Made by a program: the position numbers and the translations under genes. This document shows, one piece after another, positions 1-12,592 of a stretch of DNA of 64,000 nucleotides; the stretch's first letter is position 1, and each line of letters starts with the position of its first letter. The stretch comes from Mobula hypostoma (lineage: Eukaryota), in NCBI RefSeq assembly GCF_963921235.1, contig NC_086109.1:27034001-27098000 (forward strand). The letters run 5' to 3'. The notes under the pieces are model-generated. The model worked only from the letters and a program-made list of their open reading frames with translations. It had not been told where the DNA came from and made no database searches.

Positions 1-207
1 AAGTTTCTGAAAAATCAGGTTGGATTCTTGCCGTAACTCTTGTCTTCAAACCTCCTCCCTGCTTCTTTTCCCTTTTAATGAAAAAATGACAAAGAGCTCA
101 TTTTGCTAAGCTGCAGTCTGGAGGCTTGTAGGCCTAATAGCGATCAAATGTGTTTGTTGGAAAATGTGAGGGGAGATTGTCACATGGTAGTTTAAGTGCA
201 CAAGACA

Positions 208-470
208 TGAGGGTGGCACAACGCTTTACAATACCAGTGTCCTGGGTTCAGTTGCCACTGTTGCCTGTGAGGAGTTTGTATGTTCTCCCTGTGACTGTGT
301 GGATTTTCTCCCACAGTCCAAAGGCCTATCAATGAATAGGTTAGTTGGTCATTTGTAGATTGTCTTGTGATTAGGCTAGGGTAAATCAGGGATTGCTGGG
401 TGGCATGGCTCAAAAGGCCAGAAAGGCCTACTTTGCGATGTATCTCAATAAAATAAAAATAAATTTAAAA
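208..470 (+). mobile_element. tRNA-derived SINE (V-SINE/HE1-like)
   Basis: Head with CCTGGGTTCA, core GGAGTTTGTATGTTCTCCCTGTGAC...CTCCCACAGTCCAAAG, A-rich tail; same core recurs at 9.9, 12.1, 25.6, 26.6 and 41.7 kb. Confidence 0.7.
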
Positions 471-754
471 AATACTCGAGAAATTATATTGTGAATATAA
501 GAATTGTACTTTGGTATGCAAAACATCAACAGAAACTGTGTTTTGGTTGGACAGTTGTTCTAATAAGAATTGGGATATCCTTGCACCTGGTAGTGATGTT
601 TTGTCAGAATGATAAACCAGATGATTCATTGCACTAATTAGATTATATTTTAAATAATACTGCATATGATTTAGTGCCTGAGTGTTGGTGTGATAAGTTT
701 GTCAGCCACAAAGGGAAAAATCATATAGCATTTCATCTGTTTAATCATCATCCC

Positions 755-1330
755 TTACACACAAGCTGTGTGGTGAAAAAGGCACTACAGTGCCTCTTTC
801 ACCTCAGACGGTTGAGGAAGTTTGTTATGGGCCCCCAAATCCTAAGAACTTTCTACAGGGGCACAACTGAGAGCATCCTGACCGGCTGCATTACTGCCTG
901 GTATGGGAACTGTACCTCCCTTAATCGCAGGACTCTGCAGAGAGTGGTGCGGACAGCCCAGCGCATCTGTAGTTGTGAACTTCCCATGATTCAGGACATT
1001 TACAAGGACAGGTATGTAAAAAGGGCCCGTAGGATCACTGGGGACCCAAGCCATCTCAACAACAATCTATTCTAGCTGCTACCAACCGGGAAGTGGTACT
1101 ACAGCATAAAAGCCAGGACCAACAGGCTCCAGGAGAGCTTCTTCCACCAGGCCATCAGGCTGATGAACTCATGCTGACTTGAGTGTACTCTATATTACAT
1201 TGACTGTTCTGTTTATTATAAATGGTTATCAATTACTATGATTGCACATTGCACATTTAGATGGAGATTTAATGTAAAGATTTTTACTCCTCATGTATGT
1301 GAAGGATGTAAGAAATAAAGTTAAGTCAAT
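755..1330 (+). mobile_element. Rex1/Babar-type LINE, 3' fragment (post-RT C-terminus and 3' UTR)
   Basis: ORF 674-1075: VVKKALQCLFHLRRLRKF...ESILTGCITAWYGNC...DPSHL; AATAAA near the end. Confidence 0.85.
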
Positions 1331-3211
1331 TTTTATACTGGTAGAGAAGCTTACGCTTCTGAAATATTCTTCTTACATGATCAATTCAGCAACATTGGAC
1401 AGAAAAGGTATGAAATAAAAAAACAAGTAAAGCTCTACTAGTGGCAATAATATGGTATTAGTTGTCAGAAGTTAATTCTACACACCTCAGACTGGAGCCT
1501 ACATAACAAACGGACAATCTGTGTTGATTTTTCATCAAAGTAAGATGCAGTTAAGTTGAATGGATCAGTCTGTCTGATTATTTATAAAATTGAACATAAC
1601 TCTTTTAATGCTGTTCACTTGTGAACGTTAGCATGAATTCTACACTTTGCGTCAAAATCAATTTATAAGATCATGTAACATTTGTCTGTGCAGTAGCTTA
1701 CTTTGGCATTTGCTAATTATTCCTTCAACAATACTATCCTTCCTTAGTGGCACAATGAAAAATCGCCCTATATGATGTACCTAAATCTACTGAAGAAGGA
1801 GTTGGAGATCATGGTGAATTCACAACTTCCGACAAAATACAACTGAATCAAGTTGGAGATGCTTTATAGATGTGGCAGCCACACTGGAGAAACAGAATTA
1901 ACATTTCAGGTTGACCCTTTTGGTTTTGAACTACATTCGCATTGTCTTTAAGGAAAAATCAAAATAAAACTGCAAACGTTTGTAGCTCATTTGTCACTTT
2001 ATGCAATGTTATTTCCAAATGGCTGAGAGAATTGTTTTACCTTCGAAGTCATAGAATGAATGTGCATACTGTTTCTTATCTCCCCACACTCCTGGCACAC
2101 TTGTGCTGCTACCTCCTGTATTGTTTTATTTATGTCAACATTTTACCTTAAATGTCCAATCTGTATCATACACAAATAAAGTGGATGTGCTGAAGGAAGC
2201 ATGATGGGCATAGAACTTGAAATTAATCCATATTTTAGAAGCTAATGTAAATTAAGTTCATTGGTAAGTAATGCAAGAATGAAGCTCAATATAATGAGCT
2301 AAATTAGAAAAAAACATAAAATTGTTTTTCTAAGAGCTTCCTCCTTAATAAAAAAAACATGTTCTTTGGAGTAATCCTTTATTGAAGTCAGTTTGTTGCG
2401 CATTTATAAAAACAATATCAATCAAAAAACCTGCTGCTTAGAAGTTACTTGGAGAGTTATCAACTTCATGTGATGCTTCACTTTTGATCACAGGCTTTGA
2501 ACAGTAGAAACTACAGTATGCCTTTACATGTAAAATTCCTGCTTCATAACAAACATAACATCACAGAGGAGGGCAAGCTGACCCGATCTTTGCAAAAATG
2601 ACATTAAAATATAAATCATCACTTTGTACATCGGGCAATAAATGAATTTCAGAAAGTTAGTTGAGAGATGCACCAGCTTTGGATATTTAATGAGGATATT
2701 TTTGCTAATTTGTCATTTAACCAAAATGAGTTAAGATACCTACCTTCATCTTTTCTAATTAGTGCTTTATATTTAGGAGACAGAGAGAAGAAACAAGAGT
2801 GCTTGGCTCAATGAATCTATATTTTTCCTTACCTGTAAGCTATAAGTTCTAATTACATAACTTGTGCAGCTCCTACATCTCTTCAACATTTTTCCCTTCA
2901 CCCATTCCATCTGATTTTGAATTTTGAGGAAAAAATTGTTGTTTTAAGCAGCAAATCCAAATGGAAATATTTTCCGTGTTTAAAAAAAGCATCACCTGCA
3001 TTCAATTCTAAATAATGTACTGTAACTACTCCAAGCATTCTCTTGTTATGCTTGATCCACCCTTTCATAACTTTAAATACTTCTGTTATCTTCAAATCAA
3101 TATCATTCAAATGAAAGGAAAGATAATTAATCGATTTTGCTGTAGTTGCAATTTTTCATGCTAGGAATATGTGTCATATTCTCTGTAACATGTAATTTTG
3201 TTCAGTTGTTT

Positions 3212-4165
3212 GGATTGTTGTCTTGTCTCCCTTTCTCTTCACCATTTACACCTCGGACTTCAACTACTGCACAGAGTCTTGTCATCTTCAGAAGTTTTGA
3301 TGACTCTGGCATAGTTGGATGCATCAGTAAGGGAGATGAGGCTGAGTACAGGGCTACAGTAGGAAACTTCGTCACATGGTCTGAGCAGAATTATCTGCAG
3401 CTTAATGTGAAAAAGACTAAGGAGCTGGTGGTAGACCTGAGGAGAGCTAAGGTACTGGTGACCCCTGTTTCCATCCAGGGGCTCAGTGTGGACATGGTGG
3501 AGGATTACAAATACCTGGGGATGCGAATTGACAATAAACTGGACTGGTCAAAGAACACTGAGGCTGTCTACAAGAAGGGTCAGAGCCGTCTCTATTTCCT
3601 GAGGAGACTGAGGTCCTTTAACATCTGCCGGACAATGCTGAGGATGTTCTACGAGTCTGTGGTGGCCAGTGCTATCATGATTGCTGTAGTGTGCTGGGGT
3701 AGCAGGATGAGGGTAGCAGACACCAACAGAATCAACAAACTCATTCGTAAGGCCAGTGTTGTTGTGGGGATGGAACAGGACTCTCTCACAGTGGTGTCTG
3801 AAAAGAGGATGCTGTCTAAGTTGCATGCCATCTTGGTCAATGTCTACCATCCACTACATAATGTACTGGGTGGGCACAGGAGTACATTCAGCCAGAGACT
3901 CATTCCACCAAGATGCAGCACGGAGCGTCATAGGAAGTCATTCCTGCCTGTGGCCATCAAACTTTACAACTCCTCCCTTGGAAGTCAGACACCCTGAGCC
4001 GATAGGCTGGTCCTGGACTTATTTCATAATTTACTGGCATAATTTACATATTACTATTTAACTATTTATGGTTCTATTACTATTTATTATTTATGGTGCA
4101 ACTGTAACGAAAACCAATTTCCCCCGGAATCAATAAAGTATGACTATGACTATGACTATGACTAT
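3212..4165 (+). mobile_element. Rex1/Babar-type LINE, 5'-truncated, with (TATGAC)n tail
   Basis: VLSPFLFTIYTSDF, frameshifted RT motif (QKF/DDSGIVG), LNVKKTKELVVD, YKYLG, RLYFLRRLRSF; AATAAAG(TATGAC)4 tail; second copy at 41797-42162. Confidence 0.92.
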
Positions 4166-4289
4166 TCCACTACAGTACTCATAAAGAATCTGTTCTCAGT
4201 AGTACATTCTAATATTCTGAACACATATACTATCTGTACTGAACTTGGATTCCAAAATTTGACTCTTTTTGAATTACTATATACTTTCA

Positions 4290-4740
4290 GGTTTGTGAAG
4301 ATTACCTAAACTGTCTCCACCAACCACTTCCCTTCTCCCAGTATTTTCCTTTGGGAGATGCAACAACTTCTCTTTTACCTCATTCTTTCTCACCATCCAA
4401 GGATCCAAACAGACCTTCCAGCGATTCACTGGCACTTCTTGAAATTTAGTCTAATGCAATCTGTGCTCACAATGATAAGAGTAAGCAAACACAGAATGAG
4501 TGGCTGCTTTATAGATCACTTCTGTTCAAGCTGTCAGGGTGACCCTGGGCTTTCATTCACTGTCACTTTAATTTTCTTGTCTCATTAAGTCTCTCACTTC
4601 CATCTCATACATTTAATGGTGCCCAGTATAAACTTGAGGAAGAACACCTCTGGATATATCACAGCTATTGTGATTCAACAATTTCAGGTATTCACCTGCT
4701 TTTCTCTCTTGCTCCACAGATTCAGTATACCTTTCTATTT
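4290..4740 (+). mobile_element. Highly degenerate Penelope-like element fragment (GIY-YIG region and pLTR end)
   Basis: Resembles 37950-38300 (CCTTCCAG, GAGGAAGAACACCTC) and ends in the pLTR-like CCACAGAT motif. Confidence 0.4.
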
Positions 4741-5354
4741 CAATTTGTCTTAAAATAATTGTTAACTTGACAACAAATGTCCAGAACCAATATAAGATAT
4801 TCTGTTTGTATGTCCCACACTCCCCCTCTTTGACCCAAAATACTGATTCAGTTTCTTTCCGCACAGAAATTGCATTAGGGTAGTCTAAGATATAACTAGG
4901 CTAAAATCTAAGGTACCTTGTCTGATGTTGTTGACAGTTTTATAGTTTTGTAATCTTAACAGTTGCAAGAGTCACATTTAGACTTTTAGTAGACATAATC
5001 TCAAGACTGCAGAATTGAAGTAAAGTGCCTCCTGTAACATGTACTGTTGTTCTTCGCTGTACCACTGTCATTAAGAGGTGGGAACAAGGGTTTGGTAGTG
5101 AATGGGAATAACCTCCAGAGGTCATAGTTTGTTCAAGTTGAAGGTGGATTCATTACTCACACTGCCATCATTTACCTCAGAGTAAATATCAAAGAAAGGT
5201 GAGATGGCTTCATTGCTACTTTAGCATATTTGCTTATTGCCTCAACAGTAATGTCCTGCATGTTGCTTGTGAAAGCATTATCCTTACATGTGGAGTAGTC
5301 GAAGCCTTGCTCTTGTGAATTGTCAAGCAAAAATATCAAAGTCATTTTTGCATT

Positions 5355-6206
5355 TGTGATGACAAACCCAGTTATCAGAAGATTGATGCTGATGAGAAAG
5401 ATAAGGGAGACAATGGAGAAACATTCAAAATGCTAATAAGAGAGAAGAGAGAGATTAACGAGAAAGAAACACATTTCAGAGTATTGACAGACCGGTTGCT
5501 TTGAACCCGAACTGTTTGAAGTTTGATGGACAGGCGATACTCCAGCCGGGGGATAAAAAGAACAGGTTCGCTAAGGCACGACACACACCACGAGATCACG
5601 AGATAACGAGACCCTGGAAGAGTGGTGTGCCCCCATAAGTTGGTGAGAGTTTGGAGGTCTGGTCGCGGGAACTGACTGTGGACGCACAGGGTGAAAGGGT
5701 ACGATCGGCGGGAACCTAGTGTGTGTGTCCGCCCTTGCCTGGGTGCCGGGTTCACCGTGGAAGAACGGTCATATCCGGAATGGAGGGGTCACAGTCGGTG
5801 ACCACAGAAGACATAAAAAAGGGTCCGCCCGAAAGCCAACTATGAAGAACATCAAAGGTCTGTCTGAATCAGATTTGTATCTCTCTCTCTCTCTCTCTCT
5901 CCCCCTCTCTCTCTCTCTCGCACAACAGCGATTACTGCGAACTGTACTAAGCTGAACTGAACTCTGCGTCACTTGAGACTGATCATTTTACCCCGAGACT
6001 GCGATAGAGCTTGATTGATTCCTATTACCCTAGTTCTGTTTACATGTGTGTTTTATCATTGCTAACCTGTTGCATTTATATCCTTACAATTAGAGTACTG
6101 TGTTACTTATTTCTTTAATAAAACCTTATTAGATTCTGTTAAACCAGACTCCAACTACGTGGTCCATTTCTGCTGGTTTGGCAACCCAGTTACGGGGTAC
6201 GCAACA
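5355..6206 (+). mobile_element. Solo LTR (Gypsy-like)
   Basis: TG...CA termini (TGTGATG...CGCAACA), 4-bp TSD CATT (5351-5354 / 6207-6210), GGATAAAAAG TATA-like motif, AATAAA; homologous to 44911-45764. Confidence 0.9.
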
Positions 6207-6643
6207 CATTGATGACATCTTCCATCACACGCTTGGGAACATAATATATGATAGTACCGACTGGATGTCATTCCACTGTTTCTGAATACATTTGGGCATT
6301 TTTACAGTACAAATTACATTGAATTATTCACAGTTGCGTACAGGCCATATAAAATAATGAGATGGAAAACCAATTATCATCCTCAGAATGTGATTGGCAC
6401 CCAGACAGAAGTGCTTAAATTTCTTTACATGCTGTTCATTATTCAGTGATAGGCTCATGGAAATACTAATCAGGACAGTTTATGCTAGTCACTGTAAGTT
6501 CAGTTATATTGCTCAAATATTTTCTGTCCATTGGAAAATTCTGAAAATATATTTAAAGAACTACATCAATTCTGACAGGATTTCTAAATCTTCTTTCCTC
6601 ACCTTAAAACATATGGACCTTTAGCTTTAAAATAAAACATAAC

Positions 6644-6782
6644 CCACACAGAATGGTGGAGGAAGTCTGCAAGTCAGGCAGCATCTTGGGAATAGACAGT
6701 CAATGTTTTGAGCCAAGACAGTTCATTGCATTTCGTATGTGTTGCCCAAGATTTCCTGCATCTGCAGAATCTCTTATGTTTA
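6644..6782. mobile_element. Short degenerate Penelope pLTR-derived fold-back remnant
   Basis: GGAGGAAG...CAAGTCAGGCAGCATC and GATTTCCTGCATCTGCAGAATCTCTT match the two ends of the 7026-7726 family. Confidence 0.55.
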
Positions 6783-7025
6783 CAACATTTACATGATGTT
6801 TACAATGTTTATTTTCTATCTAAGGATACCTTATGGATTTTGGAAAAAAATCATATTGATCTATTCCTGGAAATGTGAGAAAGATGTTGAGGTTGACCAT
6901 TCTTTGATGATGTTGAAAAGGGGCACTATCCTATACTGTAGCTCATCTGAGGTGTACATGATGTATATAGTAATATTAATTTAGTCAAAGGTAATGCATG
7001 ATGAATCAAACCAAGTTGATAATAG

Positions 7026-7726
7026 CAACGCTCACAACACACTGGAGGAACTCAGCAGGTCGGGCAGCATCCGTGGAAACGATGAGTCAACGTTTCGGGC
7101 CGGAACCCTTCGTCAGGACTGTAGGGGGAAGGGGCAGAGGCCCTATAAAGAAGGTGGGGGGAGGCTGGGAAGGAGAAAGCTGGTCAGTTCCAGGTGAGAA
7201 ACCAGTAAGGGGAAAGATAAAGGGGTGGGGGAGGGGCAGCAGATAGGTGATAGGCAAGAAAGGTGAAGAAAGAATACGGGAAAACAAATACGGGAAATTC
7301 TATGAATATAGAATTCTCCAACTTCCGGTAATTCCCTCCCCCTCCCTTCCCCTATCACTATGTCACTCTGCCCCTCCCCCAGCTGCCTACCACCTCCCTC
7401 TTGGTTCCGCCTTCTTCTACTACCCATTGTGTTTTCCCCTATTCTTTCTTCACTTTTCCTTCCTATCACCTCCCTGCCTCCCCTCCCCCACCCCTTTATC
7501 TTTCCCTTTGCTGGTTTTTCACCTGGAACTGACCAGCCTTCTCCTTCCCACCCTCCCTCCACCTTCTTTATAGGGTCTCTGCCCCTTCCCCCTACAGTCT
7601 TAACGAAGGGTTCCGGCCCGAAACATCGACCGATCTTTTCCTCTGATGCAGCCCGACCTGCTGAGTTCCTCCAGCGTGTTGTGAGTGTTGCTTTGACCCC
7701 AGCATCTGCAGATTATTTTGTGCTTG
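7026..7726. mobile_element. Penelope pLTR-derived fold-back element, ~260-bp inverted arms
   Basis: Arms ~7024-7286 and ~7430-7692 are reverse complements; 14-bp TSD CAAGTTGATAATAG / CAAATTGATAATAG (7012-7025 / 7727-7740). Confidence 0.88.
7085..7120 (-). ncRNA. Minimal type-I hammerhead ribozyme motif
   Basis: Minus strand AGTC-CTGACGA-AGGGTTCCGGCCC-GAAAC-GTT-GACT: stem I AGTC/GACT, CUGANGA and GAAA core, GUH triplet. Confidence 0.65.
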
Positions 7727-8249
7727 CAAATTGATAATAGGATGCTTTTAAATTCTGCAACTGACTTGTGCAGCAATAATAAGGGAACCTGCAGTGCAGG
7801 ATGTTTCAATGTAACCAGAGTGATAGTGTGGGAATAAAATGTCAAGCTATAAAGTTAATGAAACCTTCAGTGTTCTCTGGAAACTGAAATATAGCAGTGC
7901 TAAAATCAATGCATTATGACAATGTGGTTATCAGTTATAACAGTCTTTCATTGCATAGTCCATTTACTGCTGATAGTGCACACATGGTCCATCTGTAGCT
8001 TTGATATTGGAATAGTTAATGGATGCAGTTATGATGAGATCTTATTATTATGAGGATGTGTTCTAACTTCAACCTGAGACATTATCTCTGTTTCTGTTTC
8101 CACAGATGCTCATTGTCCTGGTGAGCATTTTCAGCATTTTCTGCTTTTATTCAACTTCTGCCTTCACTTGAATATATTAGCTGAAAGGAATGTTCAGACA
8201 AACTTTGATTATTTTCTCTGGAGTGCTGGAAGCGGGAATTTGACTTGAT

Positions 8250-8600
8250 AGAAGTATATAAAATTGTGAGAAGTATATATAAGGTAGATAAAGTCTTTTT
8301 TTCCCAGAATAGAAATGTTAAATAGGTTTAGGGGTGGGGGGGGGGCGGTGGGGGGAATGCTTGAAGGATTTTTTTTCACAAAAACTGGAGGGTAGTTTTT
8401 TTTTTGCCCAGAGAATGATACTTGCCTGGAATGCATTGTCAGTGAAAGTGGTGGAAGTAGATACTTTAAGAGGCATTTAGATAGATGCATGAACAGACAG
8501 CAGATAAAGGGATATATGCCATTTTCAGGGAGATAGACTAAGTTTAGGTGGCATCATGTGGTGTTATGAAGGACCTGTTCCTTTACATTCTATGTTCACC
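8250..8600 (+). mobile_element. Degenerate CR1 LINE 3' end
   Basis: TGCCTGGAATGCATTGTCAG...TTTAAGAGGCATTTAGATAG...TTCTATGTTC tail, similar to the other CR1 3' ends here. Confidence 0.6.
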
Positions 8601-8735
8601 AGCTCAGTCACACTGTGGATCTTCATTAACTTATTTTCACTCAAAATAGTTCATCACTGTTTATCTATATAACTACTGCTTACATTTTAAAAAATAAATA
8701 ATATTACCTGTCATCCAACTTGAAAAAAAAACTCT

Positions 8736-9512
8736 TCAAAGTTCAAAGTACAGTATGTATGCAGAATACATCCCTGAGATTTGTCTTCTCCACAGACAGG
8801 CTCAAAACAAACAAAACCATTGAAATAGAAACATCAACCCTCCCCCCACCACATGCAAAGAAAAAAATCACACAGATGGCAACAAGAGCATCAACACCCT
8901 CCCACCACCATCACTTGCAAAAAAATCAACAAACGGAAACAAAGAAGAACAAGTAAAGGAAAGAATATGAAAATAAAAAATCAAGAGTCCTATCAAACTA
9001 CAGTCCAATCCACAAAATGCATACCCAGAACATTGGTACCATCCTCTGACAGCATCAAGGGAGAGCGAGACCATTTGAACTCAGGGACCTTCCCTCAGGA
9101 ACTGTGAGCGAATGGGAGAGAGAGACCGTCACAGGCAGACACCTTCGTCCAGTAGCAGTGAGCGAGAGGCTGGTAGATGGCACAGAACACTTGTTTGCCT
9201 TCCGCACTTGCGTCTATGTTTCAATCTTCCTCAACACTTTAATCGGTGAGATTGGTGAGAAATGGAGTTGATCATGGGCTCATGTCTCTAAACTTCTTGG
9301 CCTCAAGGCCACTTGCCTTCCAGAACCTTCTCAGAGACAGCAAAGCACCTGATTGCTCAGTCAGCCAGAAAACACACCATCAAACTGTAGATCAAAGGCT
9401 TCAATAGGACCAGAACCACATTTAAAAGAGATAAAATAAGTGAAAGAAACAGTTTTGTGAACTATCTGAAAGATGTCGCCTGAGGTACCATTGTTCGCTA
9501 GCGCCATCTTTC
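8736..9512 (-). mobile_element. Non-autonomous retroposon with AAGATGGCG 5' end and Rex1-type 3' tail
   Basis: Minus strand begins AAGATGGCGC (9510-9501) and ends ...ATCTCAGGG...TACTTTGAACTTTGAA, the tail also seen on the Rex1 copies ending at 17130 and 57018. Confidence 0.65.
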
Positions 9513-9865
9513 CGTTAATTCTAGCATAGGCACTACATATATAAAGTAAGAATAGTCATTACATTTCCTGTATTACTTTATGTTTAAGGCTCTTGGGTCT
9601 GTTAACAAAGGCAACACAAAATAAGTTAGAATCAAAATCACATTGGCCCATAAGGCCATTTTCCTGTTACCCTGGGAGAGAATTTACACCTTTACTGCTT
9701 AGGCTGAATGCAGGTATCATAATCTCATCGCTTACAACTGAAATGTTTTGAATTTGGTAACTTGCTGAACTTTGAATTGGTGCTGTTGTTGAAGATGGGC
9801 TGAAGGTTGATCTTTTTCTTCCATCAACCATATGGTATAAGTACGATAAGAACTTTTGGGCAGCA

Positions 9866-10200
9866 GGGTGGCACAATGGCTAGATCCGCTCCTTCACGGT
9901 GCCAGAGATCCAGGTTCAATTCTGACTCAGGAAAGGTCTGTGTGAGTTTCTTCTGTGGCCTTGTGGGCTCCCTCCAGGTGCTCTAGTTTCCTCCCACTTC
10001 TCAAGATAGGCAGGATGGTAAGTTAATTGACTTCTGAAACTTACCCCTGATGACAGGTGAGTGATAAAATCTGGGGTTGGGGTGGGGTTGTGAAATTGAT
10101 AAGAGAATAAACAATGGAATTAATCAAGAATGAGTGCGAATGAGTGGCTGTAGTGTGTGCAAACATGGTGGCCAAAGGCATTATTTTTATGAATTTATGA
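9866..10200 (+). mobile_element. tRNA-derived SINE (V-SINE/HE1-like)
   Basis: GGTGGCACAATGG...CCAGGTTCAATTC boxes, TTTCCTCCCAC core. Confidence 0.7.
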
Positions 10201-12084
10201 ACTAATAGATGCCGCTTGCTCTTGTTCAGAATTCTTCTAATATAATTCTATTTAACTTTCAGTTTTGTGTTCATACATGAATTACATTGTTTATTGCTCC
10301 TATGTGGCATAAAACACAAAGACTTGAAAGGACTAGCAGGTGAGATTCTAGGGATTTGAACTATCAATGTCTTCAATTCTGGTTCCAACCTTTTCAACTT
10401 GACCTTAGCTTTCTTCTGAAAACAAAATGATATAGTGCAGCAATGGTGAGCAGAAGAAATAATTGACCTGTCAATACATAGTTTGACCTGGCATTCAACC
10501 TGCTCATATGCTTGAGTACCAGAGGGAATTCACTGCAAATAGAATCCTTCAATGTTGATACATTCATGCTACATTTGGCAATAAGGGAGCCCAGTGTTTT
10601 CAAATACATCATCTGTGCTGGGTCTCTTGCCAGCTTTAATATGACCAACAGAAAAGCTTATGAGGCAAATGCAGATTGCCCAAATTACTGTTTGGTGGAA
10701 CTTTAATTGAGCATAAGGTACAACTGAGTGAATAGATTCATTGATAAATTTCCATGGGTATCCACTTTCAAAAATTACTGAACTTTATATATCTTGAAAT
10801 CACGCCACGTGTATCTTGTCCTAATTGTGATTCACAAAACGCACAACATTTTATGTGAAAGCTATGAGTGTGTTATCATCTCCAAAACTGTGGAATGCCT
10901 TGAGAATTATTTTTATTTGCTTGTATTTTCCTTTTGGGAGATGATCAGTGTAGACTTTCCAAGAGCTATATTGGCCCCCATTATTCTCAGCGTTTGGAAT
11001 GTGTTCTAGATGTTCTTGCAAATGTTCTGCCTTATGCGGTGTGTGCAAAATTCTGTTTTTCCAAAATATTGTGGGTAGAAAAACCTGTTATTGGCGTGTT
11101 GAAGCATGCTTAGTGTTTCCCTCAGTCTCCAGGGACTGATGCAAGAGGCCCATGTAGGCTAAGTGGCATTAAATAAGGCTGACAGTGTATGATTGCACAA
11201 TTGTTACTTGGATGGTTCAGGTAGATCAATAATCACGAATCTGATATATCCTTTATCCACAATAACTGATATTTATGTGGATAAAAGATATATCAGCTTC
11301 ATGATTATTCTTCATCCATAAAAAATAAAGCAGAGCCTGATTAATATACAGGGTTATATCTGAAATACTTATAATTCCTCCTTCATTATCCATAAGCTTC
11401 TTAAAAATATCCTGAAACCACCTTCATGACTATATCTTAATGTTTGGTTTTAAAACTATTCTCAGAGACCACATAATAATTCTGCATTATCCTGGTCTGC
11501 TAGATGAGGGCAATTAGTTAGATAATTATCCAACCAATTTGTCCTTTCATCCGGGAGCCTTGTCCACTGGAGACATGGCAAATATTCGTATGTGTGATAC
11601 ACAGGGTTTCTCAACCTCCTTCACACTTTGAATATGCAGCAATAAATGGCTGAAGTCATAACTACACTCTGGTTACCAAAACAATTGATTTAACTTTATC
11701 CAGTCCATGGTCTCTTCAGCATTTGATCAGAAAGGCAAGCCTTGGTGGATGTATATGTGTGTGTGGGTTAATAAATATTTAAAAGAGCCACATGATTATT
11801 CAACCTTAATCAGAATACTTGCTACACACAGAGGCGCAAGAAACACTTTTATGTTTGGGCTGTAACTTGCCGCTTGGATAGATTTAAGACTGATTTCAAT
11901 ATTGCCTGTCTAATTTTTCAAAGAGTAAAGATTATCTGATGCAGGCACCATGCTAAGTTGCTAAGAGGTGTCAGTATATAGAACCTAGAATAGGAGCAAT
12001 TGTGTAGACACAAGGAGGCAGCTTGAATTTTTGAAGGAACTTAAAAGGATTTATAAATCCAGTGGTGTAATATACTTGCAGGCA

Positions 12085-12592
12085 GCTCCATGTCACCGTT
12101 AGCAGAGCTGCTGCCCCATAATGCTAGAGCCCCAGGTTCAATCCTGACCTCAGATGTTGTCTGTGTGGACTTATGCGCACTCTCCCTGACCGCTGGATGT
12201 TGCCCAGGTGCTCCAGTTTCCTCCCACATCCCAAAGATGTGCAGGTTGTTAGGTTAATTGGCCATTGCAAGTCGCCCTGAATGTGTAAGTGAGTGGTAGA
12301 ATTTCGAGGAGAGTTTAAAGTTCAAAATGAATTTAATATCAGAGTGCATACATGTCACCATATACTGCCCTCAGATACATTTTCTTATGGGCATTCACAG
12401 TAGAACAAAGAAGTACAATAAAGTCAGTGAAAAACTACACGCAAAGACCAATAAACAACCAATGTGAGTTGATAAGAATGTGCGGAGAATAAACGTGGGA
12501 TTAATTTATGAATAGTGCAATTAGTGGTTGATGATTAGCATGGGCTCAATGGGCCAAAGGGCCTGTTTCTGTGCTGTATCCCTCTATGACTA
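12085..12592 (+). mobile_element. V-SINE/HE1-like SINE carrying an antisense Rex1-tail insertion (12316-12465)
   Basis: CCCAGGTTCAATCC, TTTCCTCCCACATCCCAAAGA, GGGCCTGTTTCTGTGCTGTA tail; insert flanked by GAGTT duplication. Confidence 0.8.

Noticed and set aside
2239..2265. Short AG...GTAAGT micro-exon candidate
   Set aside because: Stop codons in all three frames; shows that splice-like motifs arise by chance here
1748..2834. Alternative frame with two in-frame TGA codons (VAQ*KIALY..., LAQ*IYIF...) suggesting a selenoprotein
   Set aside because: No SECIS identified, no selenoprotein similarity, and downstream candidate exons hit TAG in that frame
4139..4165. (TATGAC)n short repeats, also at 42130-42160
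   Set aside because: LINE 3' tails; no spacers, so not CRISPR, and not telomeric
6994..7734. Several overlapping Gly/Pro-rich ORFs
   Set aside because: Products of the purine/pyrimidine-skewed inverted pLTR arms
8330..8356. G-runs (also near 24292 and 49235) as G-quadruplexes
   Set aside because: Homopolymer expansions inside decayed repeats; no sign of function
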